Positions 17,658 through 27,072 of a stretch of 64,000 nt of DNA are shown in pieces. How positions within the stretch are numbered: position 1 is the stretch's first letter; the number at the start of each line of letters is the position of its first letter. The translations under genes were made by a program, and so were the position numbers. The stretch comes from an archaeon. Its GTDB lineage: Archaea > Nanobdellota > Nanobdellia > CSSed11-243R1. The notes below the pieces were generated by a model that saw only the letters and a program-made list of their open reading frames with translations, was not told the origin of the DNA and ran no database searches. The stretch spans positions 72,735 to 136,734 of the forward strand of contig JAJRVP010000013.1 of NCBI GenBank assembly GCA_024277205.1, read 5' to 3'.

Positions 17658-18070
17658 TCAATTATTATTCCTTTTCCACTTTTTTCTAGAAATCTCAAGT
17701 AATCAATAATTTCTTTGCTTATTGAGGTTGAGAAGTATTTTACAACTTGGGTTGGTTTTATCCAAGCAAATTGAGAATACTCTTTTGATGCAATTACATT
17801 GCCAGCAACATGTTTTAATTCATAAAAATATTGTTCTACATTTGGATTCTCAGAGGGGATATACTTAACTAGAAACCTATTTATCTTTATATGCATACCA
17901 AAATCTTTTTCAAAAAGATTTTTTATAATTTTTCGTGGAGATTCCTCTTCTTGTATTTCTTTAAAAGGGAAGGTCCACTGAAGCCGTGGTATAAGCACAT
18001 TTCTGCGTCTTAGTTTACCAATCAGCACATATCCATCCTTATGTACAATGCCTTCAACCCATTTTATCAT
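17654..18070 (-). CDS. NUDIX-fold protein with a degenerate Nudix box
   Basis: WTFPFKEIQEEESPRKIIKNLFEKDFG resembles GX5EX7REUXEEXGU, but RE is replaced by KN and EE by EK. Confidence 0.4.
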   Translation of the reverse strand: MIKWVEGIVHKDGYVLIGKLRRRNVLIPRLQWTFPFKEIQEEESPRKIIKNLFEKDFGMHIKINRFLVKYIPSENPNVEQYFYELKHVAGNVIASKEYSQFAWIKPTQVVKYFSTSISKEIIDYLRFLEKSGKGIIID

Positions 18071-18121
18071 GAATAAGTATAATCAATTAAATTTAATAAA
18101 CCTTTATGCATTCCAATATGC

Positions 18122-18751
18122 ATGATAAAATCAATTGCATTTGACCTGGATGATACATTGATAGATGGAAAAAAAATGCACCATGCAGCTGTAATTGTGG
18201 CATTAAATAAATTTGGTTATGCAAGGAAGAGAATAAAATGGATTCGTGGTGCAACAACAGAGGAAATTTTAACGCATAATTTTCCGAATATGGATCCGAA
18301 AACAAAAAAGAAGATTGCGAGATATAAGCGTTCTATTGTGCAGAAATATATGAATTTTGCAAAGATATTGCCACACGCTATCGAGCTTTTAACTTATTTG
18401 AAACAAAATTCTTTGATTATTGGAATGGTAACAAATAATACACATAAAGAATTAAAACATTTTTTAAGATATTTTAAACTAAAAAAATATTTTGATATAG
18501 TTGTTGGCATGGAGGATGCAGTGCCCAAACCAAGCGATGCAATGTTTAAAATATATATGAGAAAAGCAAAAGTGAAACCAAAAGAAATGATTTATGTGGG
18601 AGATAGTGATTATGATATCCTTGCAAGCAAAAAAGCAGGAATTAAAATCATGTTAAACACTCAATTGCACAAACCAAAACTCATTAATAAAGTAGATTTT
18701 GTTGCTAAAAATTTAAATGAAATTAAAAAAATAATTGGTGATTTAATTTGA
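18122..18751 (+). CDS. HAD-superfamily phosphatase
   Basis: Motif I FDLDDTLID, motif IV VGDSDYDI. Confidence 0.7.
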   Translation: MIKSIAFDLDDTLIDGKKMHHAAVIVALNKFGYARKRIKWIRGATTEEILTHNFPNMDPKTKKKIARYKRSIVQKYMNFAKILPHAIELLTYLKQNSLIIGMVTNNTHKELKHFLRYFKLKKYFDIVVGMEDAVPKPSDAMFKIYMRKAKVKPKEMIYVGDSDYDILASKKAGIKIMLNTQLHKPKLINKVDFVAKNLNEIKKIIGDLI

Positions 18752-19431
18752 GATTAGCAGCTTTGTATTCTGGTGCTAAAGATTCTAATTATGCAATCTA
18801 CTTAGCAAAAAAACAAGGACATGAAATTGCGTGCTTAGTTTCTGTTGTTTCTGAAAATCCCGAGAGCTATATGTTCCATACACCAAATATAAAGTGGGTT
18901 GAACTTCAAGCAAAAGCAATGGAGCTTCCAATTGAAATTTTTAAAACAAAAGGTATCAAAGAAAAAGAAGTTGAAGATTTGAAGATAGCATTAAAAAAAA
19001 TAAAAGAGAAATACAACATTGAAGGTGTTGTTTCAGGTGCAATTGCTTCTGAGTACCAAAAGCAAAGAGTAGACAAAGTATGCAAAGAAATTGGATTAAA
19101 AAGTGTTGCACCCCTTTGGCATGTTAATCCAGAGGAATATTTGTGTGAACTTGTTTCTAATGGTTTTAAAGTAATAATTGTTGGCGTCTTTGCACAAGGA
19201 CTTGATAAAGAATGGCTTGGCAAGGAAATTACGCATGAAACAATTGAACAACTTAAAATTTTAAACAAAAAGTATGGAATTCATCTTGCAGGAGAAGGAG
19301 GAGAGTTTGAATCTTTTGTTTATGATGGTCCAACTTTTAAGAAAAAAATTGAAATTATTGAATCTGAAGTGGATTGGTTTGGAGATTCTGGAGTATTAAA
19401 AATTAAAAAAGCAAAACTTTGTGAAAAGTAA
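18748..19431 (+). CDS. PP-loop ATPase of the diphthine-ammonia ligase (Dph6/MJ0570) family
   Basis: ALYSGAKDS PP-loop (SGGKDS). The size and the adjacent deoxyhypusine synthase fit a translation-factor modification context. Confidence 0.6.
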   Translation: MRLAALYSGAKDSNYAIYLAKKQGHEIACLVSVVSENPESYMFHTPNIKWVELQAKAMELPIEIFKTKGIKEKEVEDLKIALKKIKEKYNIEGVVSGAIASEYQKQRVDKVCKEIGLKSVAPLWHVNPEEYLCELVSNGFKVIIVGVFAQGLDKEWLGKEITHETIEQLKILNKKYGIHLAGEGGEFESFVYDGPTFKKKIEIIESEVDWFGDSGVLKIKKAKLCEK

Positions 19432-19632
19432 TTACTCTTCGTCTTCCTTTGCTTCTAATTCTTCACTTGTTTCAAGCTCTTCTAATTTGTTGATTATCTT
19501 TTCTAATAGATTATTTTGTCTTTCAATCAAACTTAAAAGGATTTCATCTGTTATTTTTCCTTCTTCAGCATTCTTTTTTACAAATCCCCGAATTTCTTCA
19601 AGTTTGTCCTTTAATTCAAAAATTTTTGTCAT
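19432..19632 (-). CDS. Small coiled-coil protein
   Basis: 66-aa acidic helical ORF. Confidence 0.3.
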   Translation of the reverse strand: MTKIFELKDKLEEIRGFVKKNAEEGKITDEILLSLIERQNNLLEKIINKLEELETSEELEAKEDEE

Positions 19633-19692
19633 AGTATCACCACCTTTTATTAAAGAGTTACTTTTATAAAAGCATAACTGTCATCATGAAAT

Positions 19693-20643
19693 ATGAAGAG
19701 TATAAGAGACATAAAAATAAGAGAAAATCAAACTGTAAAAGATTTAGTAGAACAATTTGGAGAGTCTGGAGGTTTTTCTGCACAAATATTTGCAGATGGG
19801 GCAAAAATTTTTAAGCAAATGATATCGGATGAAGATTGTATTAAATTTTTTTCATTTCCAGCATGTATAGTAGCAACAGGAACTCGCGGAGTAATTAGAG
19901 ATATGGTAAAAAATAGAATTGTGGATGTTGTTATAACAACTTGCGGGACATTGGACCATGATTTAGCACGCTTATGGAAAGATTACTACAAAGGAACTTT
20001 TTTTGCAGATGATAAAGAATTGCATAAAGAAGGGATAAATCGTCTTGGAAATGTTTTTGTGCCAAATGAGTCCTACGGCATAATTCTTGAGAACAAAATG
20101 CAACCCATTTTACAGAAACTTTATGAACAAAAAAAAGAATGGAATACCCGAGATTTAATTTGGGCTTTTGGAGAAGCAATTAAAGATGAAGAAAAAGCAG
20201 AAGAATCCATTTTATATTGGGCATGGAAAAATAAAATTCCTATTTTTGTTCCTGGTATAACTGATGGCGCATTTGGAAACCAATTATGGTTGTTCTGGCA
20301 GATGAACAAGGACTTCAAAATAAATCTGCTTGAGGACGAACACATGTTATCAGATATTGTTTACAATGCAAAAAAAACAGGAGCATTGATATTGGGCGGG
20401 GGTATCTCAAAGCACCATGTGATTTGGTGGAATCAATTTAGAGATGGTTTGGATTATGCCATACAAATAACAACAGCTGTTGAATGGGATGGTTCGCTTT
20501 CAGGAGCTAGAGTTAGGGAAGCCATCTCATGGGGAAAAGTTAAAGAAGATGCAAAGCAGATAACAATCCCTGGCGACGCAACAATTCTTTTGCCTTTGAT
20601 GATTTCATCAATAGAAAGTTTTATAAATAAAAATCTAACTTAG
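19693..20643 (+). CDS. dys: Deoxyhypusine synthase
   Basis: Full-length match to the DHS architecture, including the GGGISKHH active-site Lys block and TCGTLDHD. Confidence 0.85.
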   Translation: MKSIRDIKIRENQTVKDLVEQFGESGGFSAQIFADGAKIFKQMISDEDCIKFFSFPACIVATGTRGVIRDMVKNRIVDVVITTCGTLDHDLARLWKDYYKGTFFADDKELHKEGINRLGNVFVPNESYGIILENKMQPILQKLYEQKKEWNTRDLIWAFGEAIKDEEKAEESILYWAWKNKIPIFVPGITDGAFGNQLWLFWQMNKDFKINLLEDEHMLSDIVYNAKKTGALILGGGISKHHVIWWNQFRDGLDYAIQITTAVEWDGSLSGARVREAISWGKVKEDAKQITIPGDATILLPLMISSIESFINKNLT

Positions 20644-20649
20644 TAAACT

Positions 20650-20766
<117 letters not shown>

Positions 20767-20767
20767 C

Positions 20768-21283
20768 TCATAATCCCATAACATCAACTAAACCAACAGT
20801 ACCAATAACACCTTCTTTATGTTCATCTTCTTGTTTATCTAAAACCAGAACAATTGGTAATTTTTCAATAGGACCATTTTTTCCAGTAAATGCGCTGTAA
20901 TAAGGACAAGGAGTATCCATCATATGAGGTAATCTAATTATTTCTTCCCAAGAGTTTAATGAAGTTATATACGTATCTAATCCAGTATATTTTAAAAAAT
21001 CAATATTTATAGGAACAAATAAATTCTCTAATTTATACCCTTCATCATTCAAAGCGTTATTAAGATGGGTAGTTTTTTCTTTTAAATGTCTTATTGCTGA
21101 AAGTAATGAATCGAAAAAAGGACCGTTAAGATTAGCACTAAACCACATACTATTTCGTCTAAGGGCTTGATAAACACTTTCCTCAAATATATACCTTTGA
21201 GGAACAGTTTCATATCTTGCATGTTCCCCATCCTCAAACAAAGTAAATCCAATAAGCCTTACCCTTTTATTTTCCATATACAC
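20768..21283 (-). CDS. Hypothetical protein
   Basis: ORF only. Confidence 0.4.
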   Translation of the reverse strand: MYMENKRVRLIGFTLFEDGEHARYETVPQRYIFEESVYQALRRNSMWFSANLNGPFFDSLLSAIRHLKEKTTHLNNALNDEGYKLENLFVPINIDFLKYTGLDTYITSLNSWEEIIRLPHMMDTPCPYYSAFTGKNGPIEKLPIVLVLDKQEDEHKEGVIGTVGLVDVMGL

Positions 21284-21311
21284 TACTTAATAGTGATAAT
21301 TTATAAATGTT

Positions 21312-21328
21312 ATGATATTTAATACATT
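21312..21328 (+). promoter_or_regulatory. Putative TATA/BRE promoter for the Rpp21-S19e operon
   Basis: ATATTTAATA sits about 25-30 nt upstream of the ATG at 21348, consistent with a leaderless or short-leader archaeal promoter. Confidence 0.3.
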
Positions 21329-21347
21329 ATGTTTTTAACATTGTTAT

Positions 21348-21662
21348 ATGGAAAAACCAAAAAAAATAGCAAAAGAAAGAATCAAAAAGCTTTTTGATTT
21401 AGCAGAACAAGAAGCAAAAAAAGAGAAATGGGAAAAAAGCAGGAGATATGTTGAACTTGCAAGAAGAATTGCTATGAAATTTAATATTTCTATTTCAAGA
21501 TATAAAAGAAAATTTTGCAAAAAATGTAATACTTATTTTACTTCTAAAACAGTTAGAGTAAGAACACAAAAAAAAGATATGCGCGTTACATATACTTGTC
21601 TCGTTTGTGGGAATATACAAAGATACCCTTATATTAAAGAAAAATTAAAAAGAAAAGCTTAA
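21348..21662 (+). CDS. rnp4: RNase P protein component 4 (Rpp21/Rpr2)
   Basis: Basic N-terminal helix plus a C-terminal zinc ribbon CKKC...x24...CLVC. Lies upstream of rps19e, as in many archaea. Confidence 0.7.
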   Translation: MEKPKKIAKERIKKLFDLAEQEAKKEKWEKSRRYVELARRIAMKFNISISRYKRKFCKKCNTYFTSKTVRVRTQKKDMRVTYTCLVCGNIQRYPYIKEKLKRKA

Positions 21663-21688
21663 AAAGGGTAAGGAGTAGTGAGATTAAT

Positions 21689-22123
21689 ATGGCAACAGTT
21701 TTTGATGTTAGTCCGCACGAGTTAATTGGGAAATTAAAAGAAGAATTGAAAAAAGTAGAACAAATTAAATCTCCAGAATGGGCCAAATTTGTAAAAACAG
21801 GAGCAAGTAAAACAAAACCTCCTGAGCAAGAAGATTTTTGGTATATTCGTGCTGCATCCATTCTCAGGCAAATTTATGTTCAAGGAAGACCAGTGGGTGT
21901 TCAAAGGTTAAGAGTTAGGTATGGTAGCAAAAAAAGAAGAAAAAGCAAACCAAAACACTTTGCAAAAGGAAGCGGAAAAATAATAAGAAAAATTTTGCAG
22001 CAGTTAGAAGCTGCAGATTTTATTCAAAAAACTACAATTAATAATAAAAAAGGAAGGATATTAACCAAAAAAGGAAAAAGCTATCTTGATAAAATTGCTG
22101 CCCAAATTATGAAGGGTGCATAA
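21689..22123 (+). CDS. rps19e: 30S ribosomal protein S19e
   Basis: WYIRAASILRQIY...GVQRLRVRYG matches the S19e core. Confidence 0.85.
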   Translation: MATVFDVSPHELIGKLKEELKKVEQIKSPEWAKFVKTGASKTKPPEQEDFWYIRAASILRQIYVQGRPVGVQRLRVRYGSKKRRKSKPKHFAKGSGKIIRKILQQLEAADFIQKTTINNKKGRILTKKGKSYLDKIAAQIMKGA

Positions 22124-22124
22124 A

Positions 22125-22394
22125 ATGGATATGGGGGAATACAAGAAAGAACTTGAAAAGCAGCAAATGGAACTAATAAAAAAGGCAGCAACTCTAAAAT
22201 TTATGACAAAAGGTGCACGCGAAAGATTAAATCGCGTCAAACTAATCAAACCAGAACTTGCTGAAAAAGTTGAAATGGCTTTATTGCAAGCAATTCAAAT
22301 GGGACAAATTAAGGAACAAATTACAGAATCCCAAATCATAAGCATACTTGAAGAAGTGAGTGAAAGAAAAAAATTTAACATAAGAAGGAGATAA
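22125..22394 (+). CDS. PDCD5/TFAR19-like DNA-binding protein
   Basis: Small helical protein (KKAATLKFMTKGARERLNRVKL...) in the conserved S19e-PDCD5-L39e-L31e synteny. Confidence 0.6.
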   Translation: MDMGEYKKELEKQQMELIKKAATLKFMTKGARERLNRVKLIKPELAEKVEMALLQAIQMGQIKEQITESQIISILEEVSERKKFNIRRR

Positions 22395-22396
22395 AA

Positions 22397-22570
22397 ATGG
22401 CAAAAACAAAACACTTATCAAGAAAACTTAGATTAATCAAAGCTACAAAAAGCGCTATTGCTGCTCCTTTTTGGGCAATCTTAAGAAAATTTGGAAAAAG
22501 AAGAGTATATAGGTGGAGACTTAATCCACAAATGAGAAGGCATTGGCGTAGGAATAAATTAAAGATATAA
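22397..22570 (+). CDS. rpl39e: 50S ribosomal protein L39e (57 aa, below the ORF-track cutoff)
   Basis: Manual translation gives MAKTKHLSRKLRLIKATKSAIAAPFWAILRKFGKRRVYRWRLNPQMRRHWRRNKLKI, preceded by a GGAG RBS. Confidence 0.8.
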   Translation: MAKTKHLSRKLRLIKATKSAIAAPFWAILRKFGKRRVYRWRLNPQMRRHWRRNKLKI

Positions 22571-22580
22571 GGTGTTACTC

Positions 22581-22949
22581 ATGGCAAAAGCACTTGAAAG
22601 AAATTATGTTATACCTTTAAGAAAAGCTGTTATGAAAACAGCTAGATGGAGGAGGGCTAAAAAAGCAATATCCAGTATCCGTTCTTTTATGAAAAGGCAT
22701 ATGAAAGCAGAATCTGTAAAAATTGGAAAAGAATTAAATGAAGTCATATGGGAGCGTGGCGGAAAAAAAGTACCTTCAAAAGTAAGTGTTTTTGCAAAAA
22801 AGGAAGAAAATGTTGTAATTGTTAATCTTTCAGATATTTCTCAAAAACCAAAAAAGAAAGAAGAGAAAGAAAAACCAAAGGAAGAAGCAAAACAAAAAAA
22901 AGCAGTTGAAGAAACTCAAAAGCAAGAAGAAAAAACAAAAAGTGAGTGA
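22581..22949 (+). CDS. rpl31e: 50S ribosomal protein L31e
   Basis: VIPLRKAV...ARWRRAKKAISSIRSFMKRHMK...IGKELNEVIWERG matches L31e. The C-terminus has a KE-rich extension. Confidence 0.8.
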   Translation: MAKALERNYVIPLRKAVMKTARWRRAKKAISSIRSFMKRHMKAESVKIGKELNEVIWERGGKKVPSKVSVFAKKEENVVIVNLSDISQKPKKKEEKEKPKEEAKQKKAVEETQKQEEKTKSE

Positions 22950-23128
22950 TTATGGAATTTATTGTTAAAGGCAAATTCAAAAAAGGGGATTCTTTTAAAA
23001 AATTCACTAAAAAGATTTCTGCCAAATCAAAGAATTTTGCAATTGAAAAGGCATTTTCGCTTCTTGGCTCTAATTATAAATGTAAGAGAAGTCTGATAAA
23101 AATAGAAAGTGTTGAGGAAGTGAAATGA
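22946..23128 (+). CDS. rplX: 50S ribosomal protein LX-like
   Basis: 60-aa ORF (FIVKGKFKKGDSFKKFTK...YKCKRSLIKIESVEEV) resembling LX. It sits in the canonical position after L31e, and is ATGA-coupled to pfdA. Confidence 0.5.
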   Translation: MIMEFIVKGKFKKGDSFKKFTKKISAKSKNFAIEKAFSLLGSNYKCKRSLIKIESVEEVK

Positions 23129-23499
23129 CAAAAAAAGAACAAAAAAGAGAAGATGCGCAAAGATTATTGGAATCTGAGATAATAAGGGCACATATAACAG
23201 AATTGGAAAACCAGCTTTCTGAAATTGAAGCTAAGCGAAATGAGCTAGAATATCTGAAAGAAAGCATTTCTCAACTTAAAGGGCAGAAAGGTAAAGAAAT
23301 TTTAATGCCATTTGGTTCGGGTGTGCTTGTTCGAGGTAAAATCACTGATGAGGAGAAAGTAATAGTAAATGTTGGTGCAAATATTCTTGTTGAAAAAAAC
23401 ATTGAGGATGCTAAAAAAATAATTGATACCCAAATAGAAGAATTGAATTCCGTGGCAAAATTGATTGAAAAAGAGATAGAAAAATATTCAATTTTATAA
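23125..23499 (+). CDS. pfdA: Prefoldin alpha subunit
   Basis: Coiled coil - beta hairpin (ILMPFGSGVLVRGKI) - coiled coil architecture. Confidence 0.7.
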   Translation: MTKKEQKREDAQRLLESEIIRAHITELENQLSEIEAKRNELEYLKESISQLKGQKGKEILMPFGSGVLVRGKITDEEKVIVNVGANILVEKNIEDAKKIIDTQIEELNSVAKLIEKEIEKYSIL

Positions 23500-24555
23500 T
23501 CCAAACAGATTCTTAGATTCAAAATATGCTTTTTTGACAACATCAATTGCAGACTTAACTAAGAATTTAGCGTCTGTAATTTGGAATGGGCGCCCCACAA
23601 GTTCTAAAAAACCAACACCCTTGACTTTTTTATTTTTAATTTTACCTGTGACTTTTATTGGACCTTCCCAATAATTTAATGAACCAAATCTCATTTCCTG
23701 ATTTTTTATTATGGGCCTTACATATAATTCGATATTTTTTGAAGGAATTAAAATTTTCCATGAGAGGAAATATCCCTCTTTTGTTTGTGGGCTTATCCAC
23801 TTTTTTCCAGTTGGGATTATTAGAACATCATTAGTGTGCTCTTGCTTATTGTTCCTATAAGAAATGCTTGCAAGACGTGTTTTTGTTTTTCCATCATCAT
23901 ACTCAAAACAAACAATTTCAGTATTATTATCCAATTGGATTGAGAACCAATTCCACATGTCATTGACTCCATGGAATTTTTTTATATCAATCCATTGGCG
24001 GTCAATCCAAGATTTTCCTTGAACTTCTATCCATTTGTCTTTTATTCTTATTCTGCCTTTTGTTTTGAGATTTGTTAAAGAGTAATAATATGTTTTTTTA
24101 GAACCCAAATCAACATACCCATCTCCACCCTCTAACACTGGTTTTTTAATTGATTTCATTGTTAAATCTATATTTTCTGTTTTTAATTTGTATTCGAATA
24201 ATTTGGTTTCTTTTATTTCGCAATTTACATATCCATTAATCATTAATGGATTGGTGTAATTAATAAAAAGCAGTGGCTTTGAGAAACTATCCTTTGAAAC
24301 AACCACAATATAATCTATGCTCGGGTAAACTTTTTTATGTGTTAAATCCGATAGGATTGAATGCGCTGAGTAAACATAGTTGATTGGTATTTTCTTAATA
24401 AATGGCAAATCAACCCTTTTAAGATTAAGCTTGAATAAACAATTCATAAAAGAATAATTGTTTCCTTTTTTGTCATGTAAATGTCCATTAAAATACCACC
24501 ATTCCACCGAATGTTTGTGGATTTGTTCATCTTCTGGGAATTTTATAAGTTTCAT
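23494..24555 (-). CDS. AttH/CrtC-like lipocalin-fold protein
   Basis: N-terminal HSVEWWYFNGHL matches the AttH-like signature. Confidence 0.45.
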   Translation of the reverse strand: MKLIKFPEDEQIHKHSVEWWYFNGHLHDKKGNNYSFMNCLFKLNLKRVDLPFIKKIPINYVYSAHSILSDLTHKKVYPSIDYIVVVSKDSFSKPLLFINYTNPLMINGYVNCEIKETKLFEYKLKTENIDLTMKSIKKPVLEGGDGYVDLGSKKTYYYSLTNLKTKGRIRIKDKWIEVQGKSWIDRQWIDIKKFHGVNDMWNWFSIQLDNNTEIVCFEYDDGKTKTRLASISYRNNKQEHTNDVLIIPTGKKWISPQTKEGYFLSWKILIPSKNIELYVRPIIKNQEMRFGSLNYWEGPIKVTGKIKNKKVKGVGFLELVGRPFQITDAKFLVKSAIDVVKKAYFESKNLFGL

Positions 24556-24635
24556 TAATTAAAGGATTAGTTTTGCTTATTTAAACATTATCAATAAACA
24601 AAACTCTTAAAAGACAACAAGTTTTGTAGATTTTT

Positions 24636-25928
24636 ATGTTTGGCTTTTTAAAAAAGAAACTAAAGGAATCAATTGAAGGAATAAAAAAAGTATTCAAAGA
24701 AGAAAAACCACAAGAAGAAGAACCTAAAGAAGAATTAAAAGAAGAAGTAAAAAAAGAAATTGAAGAAAAAGAGCAAGAAATTGAACAAGTTGAAGAGCTT
24801 GAAAAAGAAGTTGAAGAAAAAAAAGCAAAAACCCCAGAAGCAGAAAAAATAAAAGAAGTTGAGGAAGAAGTTCTTAAAGAAGTAGAAGAAGAGATTAAAC
24901 AAGAAGAAAAAGAATTAGAAAAAGAAGCAGAAGAAATTAAAAAAGAAAAACCAAAAGAAGAGCAAAAGGAAATTGTTGAAGAAACTAAAGAAAAAAAGGG
25001 GTTTTTTTCAAAACTTTTTGCAAAAAAAGAAGAAAAAGTAAAAAGGATAGAAGAGAAAAAACCATTAATCCCTTTGTTTGAAAAAAAACTTTCTGAAGAA
25101 GAATTTGAAAAATTTTTCAAAAAACTAGAGATTTCATTTCTTGAAGCAAATATTGCATATGAAGTTATCCAATTACTAAAGCAAGAACTAAAAAAGGAAC
25201 TTGTGGACAAACCAGTTAAACGTGGCAAAGTTGAAGAAAAGATAATAACTACAATACGTAACACCTTTGAGAGGATATTGCTTGAAATAAATCCTGATGT
25301 AATTCTTAAAAAGATTGAAGAAAATAAAAGTAAGGGAGAGCCAACAAAAATATTATTTCTTGGAGTAAATGGAGTTGGAAAAACAACATCTCTTGCCAAG
25401 CTTTGTTATTGGCTTCAACAAAAGGGGCATTCTGTAGTTATATCTGCAAGTGACACATTTAGAGCTGCCTCAATTGAGCAACTTGAAATCCACGCTAATA
25501 AGCTAGGAGTAAAGATTATCAAACACAAATATGGAGCGGATCCAGCAGCAGTTGCTTATGATGCTATTGAATATGCAAAGGCACATCACATAGATGTGGT
25601 TTTAATTGACTCTGCTGGAAGGCAACATTCAAATACGAATCTCATGGATGAGCTTGCAAAAATAAAAAGAATTGCAAAGCCAGATTTTACGATTTTTGTG
25701 GCAGATGCACTAACAGGAAATGATGCTGTTGAACAAGCAAGAGAATTTGGGAAAATTGGTTTTGATGCTATAATACTAGGCAAAGCAGATGTTGACCAAA
25801 AAGGCGGAGCAATTCTTTCAGTTAGTTATATCTCTGGAAAACCAATTATGTTTTTAGGGGTTGGACAATCTTATGAAGACTTAGAACCTTTTGACAAAAT
25901 CAAACTTCTTGAAAAATTAATGAAGTAA
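24636..25928 (+). CDS. ftsY: Signal recognition particle receptor FtsY
   Basis: C-terminal NG domain with GVNGVGKTT, DTFRAA, DSAGR and GKADVDQKGG. It follows an EK-rich acidic A-domain of about 200 aa. Confidence 0.85.
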   Translation: MFGFLKKKLKESIEGIKKVFKEEKPQEEEPKEELKEEVKKEIEEKEQEIEQVEELEKEVEEKKAKTPEAEKIKEVEEEVLKEVEEEIKQEEKELEKEAEEIKKEKPKEEQKEIVEETKEKKGFFSKLFAKKEEKVKRIEEKKPLIPLFEKKLSEEEFEKFFKKLEISFLEANIAYEVIQLLKQELKKELVDKPVKRGKVEEKIITTIRNTFERILLEINPDVILKKIEENKSKGEPTKILFLGVNGVGKTTSLAKLCYWLQQKGHSVVISASDTFRAASIEQLEIHANKLGVKIIKHKYGADPAAVAYDAIEYAKAHHIDVVLIDSAGRQHSNTNLMDELAKIKRIAKPDFTIFVADALTGNDAVEQAREFGKIGFDAIILGKADVDQKGGAILSVSYISGKPIMFLGVGQSYEDLEPFDKIKLLEKLMK

Positions 25929-26000
25929 AAAATAAATACGTATTTATCTTAAGAAATAATACACTATATAGAAGATATTAAATAAAGGGAGGTAAAGAAA

Positions 26001-27014
26001 TTGGAAAACAATGTAAAAATAGTTTTTGCATCTGCAGTAGTTGTAGCAATATTTTTTGTGTTTGGTTTGTCAATGACAGGTTTTGCAACAAAGATTAGGG
26101 GTGGACATATTGGTGATGGCATTCAAATTGTTGAGTATTCAGATGAAGCAACCTCTTTTGGGATTGATGGAGATGAGATAACAGTATTGCCAGGTACAAA
26201 CTTAGCAGTATTCTCTGTTGACGAATGGAGATTATTACAAAAACACGGATTCTCTTTTGGAGAAGAATGGGCAAAAGAGTTTGAGAAAGGATATTTGCAT
26301 GCAGTATCTCCAAAATTAGTAGAATCTTGTGATTTAAATGAAGATGGAGATTGTGCAGACCCTGTGTTGTATACTGCTTGTGTAAATAACGGAGAACTAA
26401 CCGAGATTACTTCTTTGAACATTGTTGGTGAAGAACCAATATTAACAACAGGAAAAGGAGGGGAAGGAATTTGTAACGTAGCATTAAGTGGTGATGATAT
26501 TTCAGTTGTTGCAGAATTAGATTGTAAATACTTGGGAAGTGCTCTTGAAAAAGAATTTGGACTTTCAAAAGGTACAGTAAGCTGTACTGGTGATGGAACT
26601 TATTGTGATTGTACAGGATTAACAGAAACACAATGTGGTGAAATTTGTGGTTTATCAAAAGACATTGTTTGTACTTACAGCAATAATGGTGGAGACGCAC
26701 TCCTATTGTTCACAACAGACGAATCCAAGTTAGCATTTGGAGATATGATGAACAAACACACAAAAACAATAGAATGTGACTTGAACGGAGATGGGGACTG
26801 TAATGACAAAGTATTGAGATATTACTCCTTTGAAAATCCCTGTGTTGAACCAGAACCAACTTGTTTCTCTGGAAAAGGTTGTACAGACTTACCTTGTTGT
26901 GATGGATATAATGGTGTTGGTTGCATGGAGATTGGACTCTGTGATGTCAAAGGCGAACACTTTTGTCAACCAGATTGTTCAGTTGAAGTAGGAGTAGGAG
27001 ATATAGTAAAGTAA
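26001..27014 (+). CDS. Signal-anchored Cys-rich surface protein with Ca-binding-like DxNxDGDC motifs
   Basis: N-terminal TM helix, more than 30 Cys, and two DLNEDGDCAD / DLNGDGDCND motifs. Confidence 0.45.
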   Translation: MENNVKIVFASAVVVAIFFVFGLSMTGFATKIRGGHIGDGIQIVEYSDEATSFGIDGDEITVLPGTNLAVFSVDEWRLLQKHGFSFGEEWAKEFEKGYLHAVSPKLVESCDLNEDGDCADPVLYTACVNNGELTEITSLNIVGEEPILTTGKGGEGICNVALSGDDISVVAELDCKYLGSALEKEFGLSKGTVSCTGDGTYCDCTGLTETQCGEICGLSKDIVCTYSNNGGDALLLFTTDESKLAFGDMMNKHTKTIECDLNGDGDCNDKVLRYYSFENPCVEPEPTCFSGKGCTDLPCCDGYNGVGCMEIGLCDVKGEHFCQPDCSVEVGVGDIVK

Positions 27015-27072
27015 ACTCTTTCTTTTTTCTTTTTTCTAAAAGCTTTTAAAACTGAAAATTTTGAGAATAATC

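Noticed and set aside
17225-17661. Phe/Leu-rich minus-strand ORFs
   Set aside because: Antisense of the AAG/AAA Lys-rich gene. Compositional artefact.
24581-25399. 272-aa Ser/Phe-rich minus-strand ORF
   Set aside because: It is the exact antisense of the GAA/AAG-repeat acidic domain of ftsY. A shadow ORF created by codon repetition.
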